This document shows, in pieces, positions 10,121 through 20,007 of a stretch of DNA of 64,000 nucleotides (the first letter of the stretch is position 1; the number at the start of each line of letters is the position of its first letter). The notes beneath the pieces were generated by a model that saw nothing but the letters and a program-made list of their open reading frames with translations, was not told where the DNA came from and searched no databases. Position numbers and translations under genes: made by a program. Source of the DNA: Candidatus Multivoradales bacterium (GTDB lineage Bacteria; Acidobacteriota; Thermoanaerobaculia; Multivoradales; JAHEKO01). The stretch covers positions 733,780 to 797,779 of the forward strand of contig CBDCXF010000002.1 in the NCBI GenBank assembly GCA_965223755.1, written 5' to 3'.

Positions 10121-11473
10121 GTGGCTGTTCATCGTTCTCAACGAGGTCTTGACCTTCCCATTCTTGGGCAGGCGCGGCCGGAAACCGAAGTCGCCTCGAC
10201 GCCCAAGTACGTCGCCGTGCTGGGCTCAGAGTCCATCGGCCTTAAGCCGACAATGCGCGTGCAGGCCGGCGATCGGGTGCGCCCGGGAGAACCGCTTTTC
10301 GAGGACAAAAAGAACCCCGGCGTCGTCTACACCTCCCCCTTCGGCGGCACCGTTGAGGCCGTGCATCGGGGCGAACGCCGCGCGTTTCTTTCTCTGGTCA
10401 TCGCCGTCGATGAGTCGGCCGAACCGGTGTCGTTTGAGGCCTACAACGGCAAGGCCCCGGAGGAGCTTTCCGGCGACGAGATTCGCGCTCTGCTGTTGGA
10501 ATCCGGAGAATGGTCGGCGATCCGCTCTCGTCCTTTTGGGCGCGTCGCCAAGCCCGGCGACAGCCCTGCTGCGATCTTGGTCAACGCCACCGACTCCCAG
10601 CCGCTGGCGCCAAATCCGATCGGCACCATTGCCGGCCGCGAAGATGAGTTCCGCGCCGGCGTCCAGCTTTTAACCGGCTTGACCGAAGGCAAGGTCTATG
10701 TGACCACGGCGCCCGGCTACTCCCTGGAACTGCCCGAGAACGATCGCGTACGCCACGAAATCTTCTCCGGGCCGCATCCTGCGGGAACCGCCGGCTACCA
10801 AATTCATCGCCTGGCCCCGGTAAGCGCGGAACGAACTGTTTGGCATCTCGACGCCCAAGAGGCCGTAGCCTTGGGTCACTTGGCGCTGACCGGCACCATC
10901 GACAGCCAACGCGTAGTCGCCTACGGCGGGCCTGCGGCGGACGACGCTCGCTGGCTACGTGTTGCCCGGGGTGCTTCGATCTTCGAAATCCTGCAAGCCG
11001 AATCCAATGCCGATGTGCGAACCATCGCCGGGTCGGTTCTCTCCGGCCGGCAGGTCACCGACTCAGAAACAGCATTCCTGGGTCGTTTCGATCGGCAGAT
11101 CTCAGCCATTGACGAAAACCGCGAGCGCGAATTCCTGGGCTGGCTGAAGCCTGGCGGCAATTTGTTCTCACTCACTCGTGCCTTCACTTCAGCATTGAGC
11201 AGCGGCAAGCAATTCGCGTTTGGTAGCTCCACCAATGGCTCGAAGCGTGCCATCGTGCCGATCGGTCTTCACGAACGGGTGAACCCCTTCGACTTCGAGC
11301 CCACCTTTTTGCTCAAGGCACTGCTGATGCAGGATCTCGAGCAAGCAGAGGAGCTCGGCTGTCTGGAGCTGGTGGAAGAGGACGTCGATCTGTGGACCTT
11401 CGTCTGTCCCGGCAAGAACGACTATCGATCGGCTTTGCGCGGCGTCCTCGACGAACTGGAGAGGGGCAACTGA
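10121..11473 (+). CDS. nqrA: Na+-translocating NADH:quinone oxidoreductase subunit A
   Basis: GTG start. N-terminal RGLDLPILG(Q/A) motif and length (450 aa) match NqrA. First gene of contiguous nqrABCDEF. Confidence 0.9.
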   Translation: MAVHRSQRGLDLPILGQARPETEVASTPKYVAVLGSESIGLKPTMRVQAGDRVRPGEPLFEDKKNPGVVYTSPFGGTVEAVHRGERRAFLSLVIAVDESAEPVSFEAYNGKAPEELSGDEIRALLLESGEWSAIRSRPFGRVAKPGDSPAAILVNATDSQPLAPNPIGTIAGREDEFRAGVQLLTGLTEGKVYVTTAPGYSLELPENDRVRHEIFSGPHPAGTAGYQIHRLAPVSAERTVWHLDAQEAVALGHLALTGTIDSQRVVAYGGPAADDARWLRVARGASIFEILQAESNADVRTIAGSVLSGRQVTDSETAFLGRFDRQISAIDENREREFLGWLKPGGNLFSLTRAFTSALSSGKQFAFGSSTNGSKRAIVPIGLHERVNPFDFEPTFLLKALLMQDLEQAEELGCLELVEEDVDLWTFVCPGKNDYRSALRGVLDELERGN

Positions 11474-12690
11474 TGCAGTGGCTCCGTCGCCAGTTGGACC
11501 GTCAGGAAAAGCACTTCCGCCCCGGAGGCAAGCTCGCCAAGTTCTACCCGCTGTGGGAGGCGCAGGACACCTTCCTATATACGCCGGGCGAGACCACCTC
11601 CGGTCCCGCCCACGTGCGCGACGGCCTCGACCTCAAGCGCATGATGATGACAGTGGTTTTTGCCTTGACCGGTTGCGTGGCGATGGCGATGTACAACACC
11701 GGCTACCAGATCCATAACGCCATCGCCGCAGGGGCGCAGCCGCTCGACAACTGGCGAACCGCGTTCATGGGCACCCTGGGCTTGACTTTCGACCCGGGTA
11801 GCTTTGCCGCCAACTGGATTCATGGCGCGCTCTACTACCTGCCGGTGGTGATCGTTACGCTCGCCGTCGGTGGTGCTTGGGAAGCGCTGTTCGCGATCGT
11901 GCGCAAGCACGACATCAACGAAGGTTTCCTGGTGACGTGGATGCTCTTTCCCCTGATCCTGCCGCCGACCATTCCACTGTGGCAGGTGGCCCTGGGCATC
12001 AGCTTTGGCGTGGTACTCGGCAAGGAGATCTTCGGCGGCACTGGAATGAACATTCTCAACCCGGCCCTCACCGCCCGCGCTTTCTTGTTCTTCGCCTATC
12101 CGGCTGAGATTTCCGGCGATCGCGTTTGGACCGCCGCCGACACCTCAATTGACGCTGTTTCCGGGGCTACCGCTTTGGCCAACGCCGCGACCCATGGCAT
12201 GGCGGGGATCGCCGGCCTCGATTGGTGGGACGCCTTTCTGGGCTTCATCCCCGGCTCAATGGGAGAGACATCGGCTCTCGCCTGTCTCATCGGCGCTTTG
12301 ATCTTGATCGCCAGCGGCATTGGATCGTGGCGCATCATGCTCGGTGTGGTGCTGGGGTCAACGGTTACGGCCGCGCTGCTCAACGCCATCGGTTCGGAGA
12401 CCAATCCGTTCTTCGGCATGCCCATTTGGTGGCACATGGTGCTCGGCGGTTGGGCCTTTGGCGCGGTCTTCATGGCGACGGATCCGGTCTCGGCCGCCCA
12501 GACTCAGCGCGGACGCTGGATCTACGGCCTGCTGATCGGCGTCTTCGCGATCCTCATTCGCGTGGTCAACCCGGCCTATCCCGAGGGCATGATGCTGGCC
12601 ATTCTGCTCATGAACGTGTTCGCCGCCACCATCGACCACTACGTCATACGCGGCAACATCAAACGGCGGAAGGAACGCTATGCAGCGTAG
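11473..12690 (+). CDS. nqrB: Na+-NQR subunit B
   Basis: Internal ATG overlapping nqrA stop (TGATG). [38 protein letters not shown] is the canonical NqrB N-terminus. Polytopic membrane protein with FMN-attachment region. Confidence 0.9.
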   Translation: MQWLRRQLDRQEKHFRPGGKLAKFYPLWEAQDTFLYTPGETTSGPAHVRDGLDLKRMMMTVVFALTGCVAMAMYNTGYQIHNAIAAGAQPLDNWRTAFMGTLGLTFDPGSFAANWIHGALYYLPVVIVTLAVGGAWEALFAIVRKHDINEGFLVTWMLFPLILPPTIPLWQVALGISFGVVLGKEIFGGTGMNILNPALTARAFLFFAYPAEISGDRVWTAADTSIDAVSGATALANAATHGMAGIAGLDWWDAFLGFIPGSMGETSALACLIGALILIASGIGSWRIMLGVVLGSTVTAALLNAIGSETNPFFGMPIWWHMVLGGWAFGAVFMATDPVSAAQTQRGRWIYGLLIGVFAILIRVVNPAYPEGMMLAILLMNVFAATIDHYVIRGNIKRRKERYAA

Positions 12691-13483
12691 CGTGCTCTAC
12701 ACCCTGCTGTTTGCCGCCGCGGTCTGCGTCGTTTGCGCCATCGTCGTCTCCGGCGCTGCGGTGCAACTCAAGGAACGCCAAGACGCCAACGCCACTCTCG
12801 ACAAACAGCAGAACGTGCTGCTCGCGGCCGGCCTCAAGGAAGAAGACGAAAAGCTCTCCGCTGAAGAGGTCGACCGCCGCTTCGCGTCGATTCAAATGAA
12901 AGTGATCGATCTCGGCACCGGCGAGGAAGTCGCCGATGTCGATCCCCGCACCTTCGACCAAAAAAAGGCTTCGACCGATCCCAGCACTAGCAGCCGGGCG
13001 CCGGAGAATCCAGCGCGGGTGCAGCGCCTACCCAATCAAGCTCTGGTCTACGAACGATTCAATGATGACGGATCGCTGGCAATGGTGGTGCTGCCGGTGG
13101 AGGGCAAGGGCCTGTGGTCGACGCTGTACGGCTTTGTCGCACTGGACTCCGATCTAACGACCGTGCGCGGCCTGACTTTCTACGACCACAAAGAGACCCC
13201 GGGTCTCGGCGGGGAGGTCGACAACCCACGCTGGAAGGCTTTGTGGCCTGGGCGCCAGGTCTTTGACGTCTCGGGCGAACCCACCATCGAGGTCATCAAG
13301 GGTCGTGCGGGTAGCCCCGAGCAGGACCCCAATCGGGTCGACGGCTTGTCCGGCGCCACCATCACCAGCCGCGGTGTCACCTACTTGATGCGCTTCTGGC
13401 TCAGTGAGGATGGCTTCGGGCCGTATCTTGAGCGATTGGAACGCGAGCGACTCGAAGGTCAACGGCTGGAGGAGGCTGCGTAA
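12680..13483 (+). CDS. nqrC: Na+-NQR subunit C
   Basis: 267 aa, single N-terminal [14 protein letters not shown] flavin-attachment motif (S-G-A-T). Confidence 0.9.
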   Translation: MQRSVLYTLLFAAAVCVVCAIVVSGAAVQLKERQDANATLDKQQNVLLAAGLKEEDEKLSAEEVDRRFASIQMKVIDLGTGEEVADVDPRTFDQKKASTDPSTSSRAPENPARVQRLPNQALVYERFNDDGSLAMVVLPVEGKGLWSTLYGFVALDSDLTTVRGLTFYDHKETPGLGGEVDNPRWKALWPGRQVFDVSGEPTIEVIKGRAGSPEQDPNRVDGLSGATITSRGVTYLMRFWLSEDGFGPYLERLERERLEGQRLEEAA

Positions 13484-14103
13484 TGGCGAAGACGCGCGAC
13501 GTCCTCCTCGACCCGCTGTTCAACAACAATCCGATCGCGCTGCAGGTGCTCGGCATCTGCTCGGCTTTGGCTGTGACCACGAAGATGGACACCGCTCTGG
13601 TCATGAGCCTGGCAGTGATCTTCGTACTCACCCTGTCGAACTTCTTCGTCAGTCTGCTACGAAATCTGATCCCCACCAATATCCGCATCATCGTCCAGTT
13701 GACCATCATCGCCTCCTTGGTAATCCTCGCCGACCAGATCTTGAAGGCGTTCGTCTATGACATCTCCAAACAGTTGTCGGTGTTTGTCGGTCTGATCATT
13801 ACCAACTGCATCGTCATGGGCCGCGCCGAGGCCTTCGCGATGCAAAACGGCCCCGGAGCATCTATCGTTGACGCCCTTGGCAACGGATTCGGCTATGCCT
13901 GGATCCTGATGATCACCGCCGCACTGCGCGAGTTCTTTGGTTCGGGTTCACTCTTCGGCCAACAGATTCTGCCTCTGGTGTCGGAGGGCGGTTGGTACAA
14001 CCCCAATGGGCTGATGGTGCTGTCGCCAGGAGCGTTCTTCATCATCGGGTTTCTGATTTGGATCTTGCGGGTGTGGAAGCCCGAACAAGTCGAAAAGGAG
14101 TGA
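13483..14103 (+). CDS. nqrD: Na+-NQR subunit D
   Basis: 206 aa, NqrD/RnfE family. Start overlaps nqrC stop (ATGG/TAATG). Confidence 0.9.
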   Translation: MAKTRDVLLDPLFNNNPIALQVLGICSALAVTTKMDTALVMSLAVIFVLTLSNFFVSLLRNLIPTNIRIIVQLTIIASLVILADQILKAFVYDISKQLSVFVGLIITNCIVMGRAEAFAMQNGPGASIVDALGNGFGYAWILMITAALREFFGSGSLFGQQILPLVSEGGWYNPNGLMVLSPGAFFIIGFLIWILRVWKPEQVEKE

Positions 14104-14104
14104 A

Positions 14105-14283
14105 GCCTCGATGATCTGCCAGCGTTCTACTGCAAGGCCGCATATGGCGCCACTCGCCTTGTTGTCCTTCCCTCGCCGTCCTCGACGTATTGCAGTGAAT
14201 ACGCCTGCGTCCGGCTTGGTTGGCCGCCGCGCGATTGGCACCATCTTCAACCTTTCGCCACAAACGTGGCAGATCACCGAGGC
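14105..14283. repeat. 179-bp element bounded by 15-bp terminal inverted repeats, inserted precisely between nqrD stop and nqrE start (MITE-like or long-range RNA stem)
   Basis: Left arm GCCTCGATGATCTGC (14105-14119), right arm GCAGATCACCGAGGC (14269-14283) = reverse complement with 1 mismatch. nqrD stop TGA at 14101-14103 and nqrE ATG at 14288 flank it. nqrD/nqrE are normally adjacent. Contains a 59-codon ATG ORF (14111-14287) of doubtful coding value. Confidence 0.5.
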
Positions 14284-14287
14284 TTAG

Positions 14288-14905
14288 ATGCTCGAGCATT
14301 ACCTCAGCCTGGCGGTCAAATCGATCTTCGTCGAGAACATGGCGCTCGCCTTCTTTCTCGGCATGTGCTCGTTTCTGGCGGTCTCCAAGAAAGTCGATAC
14401 GGCAGTCGGACTTGGGTCCGCGGTGGTCTTCGTCCTCGGGCTCACCGTGCCGATGAACAATCTGATCTACAACTTCCTGCTGCGCGAGGGCGGTCTGGCC
14501 TGGATCAGTCCGGGGTTGGCCGAGTACGACCTGAGTTTTCTCGGCTTTCTCACCTACATCGGCACCATTGCCGCGGCGGTGCAGATCGTCGAAATGGTTC
14601 TCGACCGTTATGCGCCCAAGCTCTACTCGGCCTTGGGCGTCTTTCTGCCTTTGATCGCGGTGAATTGCGCCATCCTCGGCGCGTCGCTGTTCATGGTCGA
14701 GCGCGATTACACCTTTGGTGAAAGTGTCGTCTTTGGCTTCGGATCGGGAATCGGCTGGGCTTTGGCGATCGTGGCCCTGGCCTCCATCCGTGAACGCATG
14801 CGCTACTCCAATGTGCCCAAAGGGCTACGCGGTCTGGGCATGGCTTTTATCTTGACCGGCTTGATGGCGATCGGCTTTATGGCTTTCGCCGGCGTGCAAC
14901 TGTAG
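14288..14905 (+). CDS. nqrE: Na+-NQR subunit E
   Basis: [36 protein letters not shown]... is the near-invariant NqrE N-terminus. 205 aa. Confidence 0.9.
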   Translation: MLEHYLSLAVKSIFVENMALAFFLGMCSFLAVSKKVDTAVGLGSAVVFVLGLTVPMNNLIYNFLLREGGLAWISPGLAEYDLSFLGFLTYIGTIAAAVQIVEMVLDRYAPKLYSALGVFLPLIAVNCAILGASLFMVERDYTFGESVVFGFGSGIGWALAIVALASIRERMRYSNVPKGLRGLGMAFILTGLMAIGFMAFAGVQL

Positions 14906-14918
14906 GGCTCGAAGAAGT

Positions 14919-16142
14919 ATGACCACCATCCTTCTCGGCGTCCTGATGTTCACAGGGGTGATTGTCGCCCTGGTGGGCGTGTTGATGATCGCGCGGTCGC
15001 GTCTGGTTTCCACCGGAGATGTGACTATCACCATCAACGACGATCCCGACAAGGCGCTGACGACGCAAGCGGGATCGACTCTGCTCGGGACGCTGGCCGC
15101 CAACAAGATCTTCATTCCGTCGGCGTGCGGCGGTAAGGGCAGTTGCGGCGTATGCACGGTCGAGGTCTGTGAGGGTGGCGGCGCCCTGCTGCCGACAGAA
15201 GAAGGCCATATCTCTCGCGCCGAGGCGGCGGCCGGGATCCGTCTCTCTTGCCAAGTCAAGGTCAAGAACGACCTCGAAATCAAATTGCCGGCCGAGGTCT
15301 TCGACGTCAAGCGGTGGAAGTGCGTAGTGCGCTCAAACGAAAACGTCGCAACCTTCATCAAGGAACTGGTCCTCGAACTCCCAGCGGGCGAAGCAGTGCC
15401 CTTCCGCGCCGGCGGCTATATCCAGATCGAGGCGCCCGAGCACGTCGTCGAGTACAAGGACTTCGATATCGAAGAGGAGTACCGCGACGCCTGGGACAAC
15501 TTCAACATGTGGCAGTACGTGTCGAAAGTCGAAGAGCCGGTGACGCGCGCCTATTCGATGGCCAACTACCCGGAAGAACGCGGCATCATCATGCTCAACA
15601 TTCGTATTGCCTCGCCGCCACCGCGGATGCCGGATGTACCCCCAGGCAAGATGTCGTCCTACGTCTTCAACTTGAAACCGGGCGATGAAGTCACCATCAG
15701 CGGTCCGTTTGGGGAGTTCTTTGCCAAGGAAACCAACGCAGAGATGATGTTCATCGGCGGCGGCGCCGGCATGGCGCCGATGCGCTCCCACATCTTTGAC
15801 CAGTTCCGACGCCTGCACACGGACCGCAAAGTGACCTTTTGGTACGGTGCGCGCAGTCTGCGCGAGGCCTTCTACGTCGACCACTTCGACACCATCGCCG
15901 CCGAGAACGACAACTTCGAGTGGCACCTGGCGATGTCCGAACCCCAGCCGGAGGACAACTGGGAGGGCTACACCGGATTCATTCATCAGGTGGCCTACGA
16001 CAACTACCTCAAAGACCACCCCGCGCCGGAGGACATCGAGTACTACCTGTGTGGGCCGCCGATGATGCTCAAAGCCTGCATGGACATGTTGGACGGTCTC
16101 GGCGTGGAGCGCGAGAACATCCTCTTCGACGACTTCGGATAG
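14919..16142 (+). CDS. nqrF: Na+-NQR subunit F (2Fe-2S ferredoxin + FAD/NADH-binding)
   Basis: N-terminal [14 protein letters not shown] 2Fe-2S motif, RAYSMAN FAD motif, [12 protein letters not shown] motif. 407 aa. Confidence 0.9.
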   Translation: MTTILLGVLMFTGVIVALVGVLMIARSRLVSTGDVTITINDDPDKALTTQAGSTLLGTLAANKIFIPSACGGKGSCGVCTVEVCEGGGALLPTEEGHISRAEAAAGIRLSCQVKVKNDLEIKLPAEVFDVKRWKCVVRSNENVATFIKELVLELPAGEAVPFRAGGYIQIEAPEHVVEYKDFDIEEEYRDAWDNFNMWQYVSKVEEPVTRAYSMANYPEERGIIMLNIRIASPPPRMPDVPPGKMSSYVFNLKPGDEVTISGPFGEFFAKETNAEMMFIGGGAGMAPMRSHIFDQFRRLHTDRKVTFWYGARSLREAFYVDHFDTIAAENDNFEWHLAMSEPQPEDNWEGYTGFIHQVAYDNYLKDHPAPEDIEYYLCGPPMMLKACMDMLDGLGVERENILFDDFG

Positions 16143-16338
16143 ACAGCTTCATAACTTGCGGTTCCGCTTGTCTTCGGAAGTTTCAAACGCCTCAGCAGCC
16201 GCTGGCTCTCGGCGGCGTCTCCGCTGGCGCATGTTCAGAGCGGTCGCCAAAGAAATCGCTCCGGCGCCAAGCGGAGCCGAGGCGAGCGCTTTCCTTCACA
16301 GTCAGAGTGGGCGAGCCGTTCGCCGAGAACAGGGCCTG

Positions 16339-17364
16339 ATGAGGGTTGCTCGGTTCAACTTGCCATCTCTCTGTGCAGTCATCGCAGTTGGAGCCATCGT
16401 CGGTTGTGGATTGCAAGAAGGCAATGACGCTCCCTCTCCACAGTGGGTCTTTGAGGGCCCGACAATGGGAACAACCTACCGGGTTGTCGTACCCGTCGAT
16501 CGCGGAACGGAGTTCGACAAGGAGCAAATGGCAAGTTTGATCCAAGAAGCCCTCGATGATGTCGACGCGCGCATGTCGACATGGAAGCCAGACTCCGAAG
16601 TCTCCCGCTTCAATGCCACGCAGTCGACCGAGCCGTTTTCGGTGTCACAAGATGTGCTCAACGTCGTCGTGCGGGCCCAGGAAGTGGCTGAAGCCACGGG
16701 CGGCGCTTTCGACATCACCGCCGGGCCGTTGATTGACGCCTGGGGTTTCGGATCGGACGACAGCGAGCTTCCCAGTGAAGAACACCTGCAACAGATCGCA
16801 CAACGCGTCGGCTACCAGAAGCTCTTGGTCGACGCCGAAGCATCGACCCTGACAAAAGTGCACCCGGCTCTCGAAATCAACCTCTCCGCCATCGCCAAGG
16901 GCTACGGCGTCGATCGGGTTGCCGACGCTTTGCTCAGTACGGGTGTTCTCGACGCACTGATCGAGGTTGGCGGCGAGGTGCGGGCGCTCGGCCGGCCGCA
17001 AGCGGATCTCCGATGGCGCGTCGCCATCGAGCAACCGGACGGCTCCGGTGCAACGCAAAGGATCATCGAGCTCGAAGATCAAGCCCTGGCGACATCCGGG
17101 GATTACCGGAACTTCCGGCAACTCGAAGACGGTAGCTCGGTTTCGCATCTCCTCGACCCACGGCGGAAACGACCGATGCAACACCGAGGAGCCTCGGTCA
17201 GCGTCATCGCTGCCAATTGCACTAGTGCCGACGCGTGGGCGACCGCGCTATTTGTGCTCGGTCCGGATGAGTCTGAAGGTGCCATCCCCGGTGAGGTATC
17301 GGCTCTATTCGTTCTTCACCGTCCAGACGGTAGCTACTCCGAGAGCATGCTAGGCGCTTTCTGA
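16339..17364 (+). CDS. apbE: FAD:protein FMN transferase ApbE (flavinylates NqrB/NqrC), lipoprotein
   Basis: Start moved to internal ATG 16339 (MRVARFNLPSLCAVIAVGAIVGC lipobox). ApbE blocks GTTYRVVV, AIAKGYGVD, ATSGDYRNF, TSADAWATALFV. The 196-bp upstream leader is noncoding with several short hairpins. Confidence 0.85.
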   Translation: MRVARFNLPSLCAVIAVGAIVGCGLQEGNDAPSPQWVFEGPTMGTTYRVVVPVDRGTEFDKEQMASLIQEALDDVDARMSTWKPDSEVSRFNATQSTEPFSVSQDVLNVVVRAQEVAEATGGAFDITAGPLIDAWGFGSDDSELPSEEHLQQIAQRVGYQKLLVDAEASTLTKVHPALEINLSAIAKGYGVDRVADALLSTGVLDALIEVGGEVRALGRPQADLRWRVAIEQPDGSGATQRIIELEDQALATSGDYRNFRQLEDGSSVSHLLDPRRKRPMQHRGASVSVIAANCTSADAWATALFVLGPDESEGAIPGEVSALFVLHRPDGSYSESMLGAF

Positions 17365-17413
17365 CTGGGTGCTTTCTGACTAGACACTTTCTGACTGGGC
17401 ACTTTCTGAAGTT
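17354..17413. repeat. 15-bp direct repeat x4 (CTTTCTGA core) overlapping the apbE stop codon
   Basis: gcgCTTTCTGActgggt / gCTTTCTGActagaca / CTTTCTGActgggca / CTTTCTGAagttgg. First TGA (17362-17364) is the apbE stop. Followed by hairpin ggccgtcagatcggcc. Lies between convergent genes. Confidence 0.5.
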
Positions 17414-17440
17414 GGCCGTCAGATCGGCCTCGGGTTGTTG

Positions 17441-19168
17441 CTAAGGAACCAGCTCGACTGTGAGGGTTCCACCCGCCTGCACGCTGACCCCATTGCCGAA
17501 CGCGATCCATTGGCTTGCGGTCAGAGTAGCCGCTCCCGTTGGGCTCACGTCCCAAGACGGCCCTGCCGTAATCGTGCACCCGTTGAAGGTCTCCGCACCA
17601 GTTACCGTAGAGCCCGACAACGTCAAGCTGCACGCCGGCTCGCTGACCACCACCTGAACTCCGCTGGAGCAATTGTTGGCCGTATCGGACTCACCGGCAA
17701 CACTGTCGACGCAAGCGCCCACCCAATAGGTACCCGCCGTTGCGATGCTGTGGTCGTCACTCAACGCTTCGTTGCCGCCGGCGGCCAAAGATGAAACAGC
17801 ATCCGTCGACATCTCCGTGTCGGAAGTCGTAATGACGGAGTCGTCGGACCGGTAATAGCGCAAAGTCGATGCGTCAGACATGCCCGCGCCTTGGTTCTGC
17901 ACCGTGGCGTTGGTGGTGAAGGTCTCGATGGTGGTTGGCGTGGTGTCGGTGACACCAGCTCCAGTGACAACGAGATCTGGCACAGCCGCACGTAGGCGAA
18001 AGTCGGTGACGATCGGCGCCGTAAGGTCTCCACTGCGGGCGTTGTCGCGGGTGTTGTTGATGCCAGTTGCCGCCCCAGCATGATCGATCCCCGGATTCGA
18101 GAAGTGTGCGACTCGCGTGCAGCCCAATGTGCATTCGCTCGAATACGACATGACGGTACGGTAAGAACCGTCGACAAAGTGGCCAAACGACCAAGGATAC
18201 GAGGCGTTGGCGGGATTCCCACCGTTGGCCGGATCGTGCTCAAATCCCATGTTGTGGCCGTGCTCGTGAGCAAAAGTGAGATTGCCCACCGCACATCCGA
18301 AATGAGTGACTTGAAAGGCCGAATCTTCAAATGTAGGACTTGGGTTGTTCATCAGGTAAGCGCGGCCACAGTAATCACCAGAGGAAACCAGCAATCCGAC
18401 CATGTCCGCCCGATATTGATCGCGTAAGGCCGCGACGCCGGCATTCGATGCCAACCACTGCAAGTCGGCAGTGAGATCTCCTCCGACCTCATTCCGGGTC
18501 GTCTCCTCGTGATGGACGAGGACGAAGCGTGCGTCCATATCGCTGTCAATAAAAGCGGTATTGGTGACGTCGATAGCCGACTGGATATGGGCCGCCACGG
18601 CGGGCGGATCGCCGATCGCTGCGGTCACCTGCGAGCTGTAGAGCACCATGATGTCGATGCCATCGACCGGGTCCACCGACGAGGTCGTCAAGTGGGGAAA
18701 CTTTGCTGGAGTGCGGGCGGGCAGGGGCTCACCTTCCGGAGCAAACTGAAAGGCATCGACTTCTCGAATTCGATGACCTGCCGCTGTTGGTTCCAGCAAA
18801 ACCACCTGTTCGTCGTCCGAGAATCTGCCGACGACCATTTCGCCAAGCAAGGTCAGGACAACGCGGCTGCGACCGCGGCCAGCAAAACGTCCCCGCCACG
18901 CTATGTCCTCAGGTCCTCTCCGCTCGGCGCCATCCCGCACCGCAAGGCGCGTGGTTCCATCCGGAAGTTCGATCCACAATGCCGAAGGGTCGTCTGCCAC
19001 AGCTGCCGCATCAACCACCACAGCTCGGCCGCGGCCCACGCCGTCCGGTGTGACCTGGCGTTGGTAATCGAGTAGCCGTTCCTGCGCTTTCGCGGTTGGC
19101 ACCGCCAACAGCCCACAAAAGAAAAGGCCCAAGTAGATGAAGTGTCTCTTTGCTATTGACCGAAACAT
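17441..19168 (-). CDS. Secreted metzincin zinc metalloprotease (HEXXHXXGXXH) with C-terminal CARDB-like adhesion domain
   Basis: 575 aa, signal peptide MFRSIAKRHFIYLGLFFCGLLAVPTAKA. Catalytic AHEHGHNMGFEHD. C-terminal ~110 aa (PDLVVTGAGVTDTT...ANNCSSGVQVVV) resembles CARDB. Interrupts the nqr locus on the opposite strand. Confidence 0.7.
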   Translation of the reverse strand: MFRSIAKRHFIYLGLFFCGLLAVPTAKAQERLLDYQRQVTPDGVGRGRAVVVDAAAVADDPSALWIELPDGTTRLAVRDGAERRGPEDIAWRGRFAGRGRSRVVLTLLGEMVVGRFSDDEQVVLLEPTAAGHRIREVDAFQFAPEGEPLPARTPAKFPHLTTSSVDPVDGIDIMVLYSSQVTAAIGDPPAVAAHIQSAIDVTNTAFIDSDMDARFVLVHHEETTRNEVGGDLTADLQWLASNAGVAALRDQYRADMVGLLVSSGDYCGRAYLMNNPSPTFEDSAFQVTHFGCAVGNLTFAHEHGHNMGFEHDPANGGNPANASYPWSFGHFVDGSYRTVMSYSSECTLGCTRVAHFSNPGIDHAGAATGINNTRDNARSGDLTAPIVTDFRLRAAVPDLVVTGAGVTDTTPTTIETFTTNATVQNQGAGMSDASTLRYYRSDDSVITTSDTEMSTDAVSSLAAGGNEALSDDHSIATAGTYWVGACVDSVAGESDTANNCSSGVQVVVSEPACSLTLSGSTVTGAETFNGCTITAGPSWDVSPTGAATLTASQWIAFGNGVSVQAGGTLTVELVP

Positions 19169-19222
19169 GACTGTGGTTTTTGGCCTAAACGGGGGAGTGG
19201 GGGTTACTGTACCATTGTCAGT

Positions 19223-19432
19223 ATGACACTGGTTTTGCTCTCCGGCGGTGTGATTGCACTCATTATGCTCGCCATGGCGGTCGGCGTGCTACTGGGCAGA
19301 AGGCCGCTCAAGGGTTCGTGTGGAGGAGCAGAAGGAATCGTAGGACCCGACGGCGAAGTCATCGTGTGTAGCAATTGCGGTTGCGGCCTCGCGCACATGC
19401 GCGAAGAGACGCAAACGGAGGTCGCCGCGTGA
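19223..19432 (+). CDS. nqrM: (Na+)-NQR maturation protein NqrM
   Basis: 69 aa, one TM (LLSGGVIALIMLAMAVGVLLG) then GSCGG...C..C.C cysteine cluster, as in DUF539/NqrM. Confidence 0.75.
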   Translation: MTLVLLSGGVIALIMLAMAVGVLLGRRPLKGSCGGAEGIVGPDGEVIVCSNCGCGLAHMREETQTEVAA

Positions 19433-19965
19433 AACCGGGGCCTTCGATTCCTTCGATCGAGTCTTTAGTTACGCCGGTTCGCCTCGTCCTCTACCCCAAC
19501 ACCAACATCCACCAAGCGGTCAACCTTCTCATCAAGAAAGAAGCGCTGGCGGCTCCGGTCGTCAACGAAAAGGACGGTTCCCTTCTCGGTTTGCTGACCG
19601 AGAAGGACTGCCTGCGGGTGATGAGTTCGGGAGGCTTCGACGATCAGTTCCAAGGTGGCGACGTCGTCAACTTCATGTCACCGGCGCGAGAGATTCTTCA
19701 TCGACAGATGAGCTTAGTGGAGGCGACCACGGCGTTTTTACGCTGCAACTTCGCATCGTTGCCGGTCGTTGAAGATGGGCGCTTAGATGGCAGATTGGCC
19801 CGCCGCGACCTGATGCGGGCGGTCAACAGCCACGTCGTGAGCTTGAGCCAAGCGGCGGCGGCTGAAAAATCAGCTGAACGCCCGCGTTCGATTGAAGATA
19901 TGCAGCGCAGTGCGGCCCGCCAGAACCCGAGCAGTCTGGGACGCATCTTCTCGCGCCGGCGCTAG
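19429..19965 (+). CDS. CBS-pair domain protein
   Basis: GTG start overlapping nqrM stop (GTGA). Two CBS motifs (VRLVLYPNTNIHQAVNLL...GLLTEKDCLRVM; MSPAREILHRQMSLVEATTAFL...VVEDGRLDGRLARRDLMRA). Confidence 0.65.
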   Translation: MKPGPSIPSIESLVTPVRLVLYPNTNIHQAVNLLIKKEALAAPVVNEKDGSLLGLLTEKDCLRVMSSGGFDDQFQGGDVVNFMSPAREILHRQMSLVEATTAFLRCNFASLPVVEDGRLDGRLARRDLMRAVNSHVVSLSQAAAAEKSAERPRSIEDMQRSAARQNPSSLGRIFSRRR

Positions 19966-20007
19966 CTGTTCCCCTCAAGACTAGTGGCGCTTTCAGAGTT
20001 CAAAAAA

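Noticed and set aside
14111-14287. 59-codon ATG ORF inside the nqrD-nqrE spacer (MICQRSTARPHMAPLALLSFPRRPRRIAVNTPASGLVGRRAIGTIFNLSPQTWQITEA)
   Set aside because: No RBS, Arg/Pro-rich low-complexity product, and it sits entirely inside a TIR-bounded element. Kept only as a remark under the repeat feature.
15333-16019. ORF 15333..16019 (-) 228 aa
   Set aside because: Antisense within nqrF, whose sense frame carries all ferredoxin/FAD/NAD motifs.
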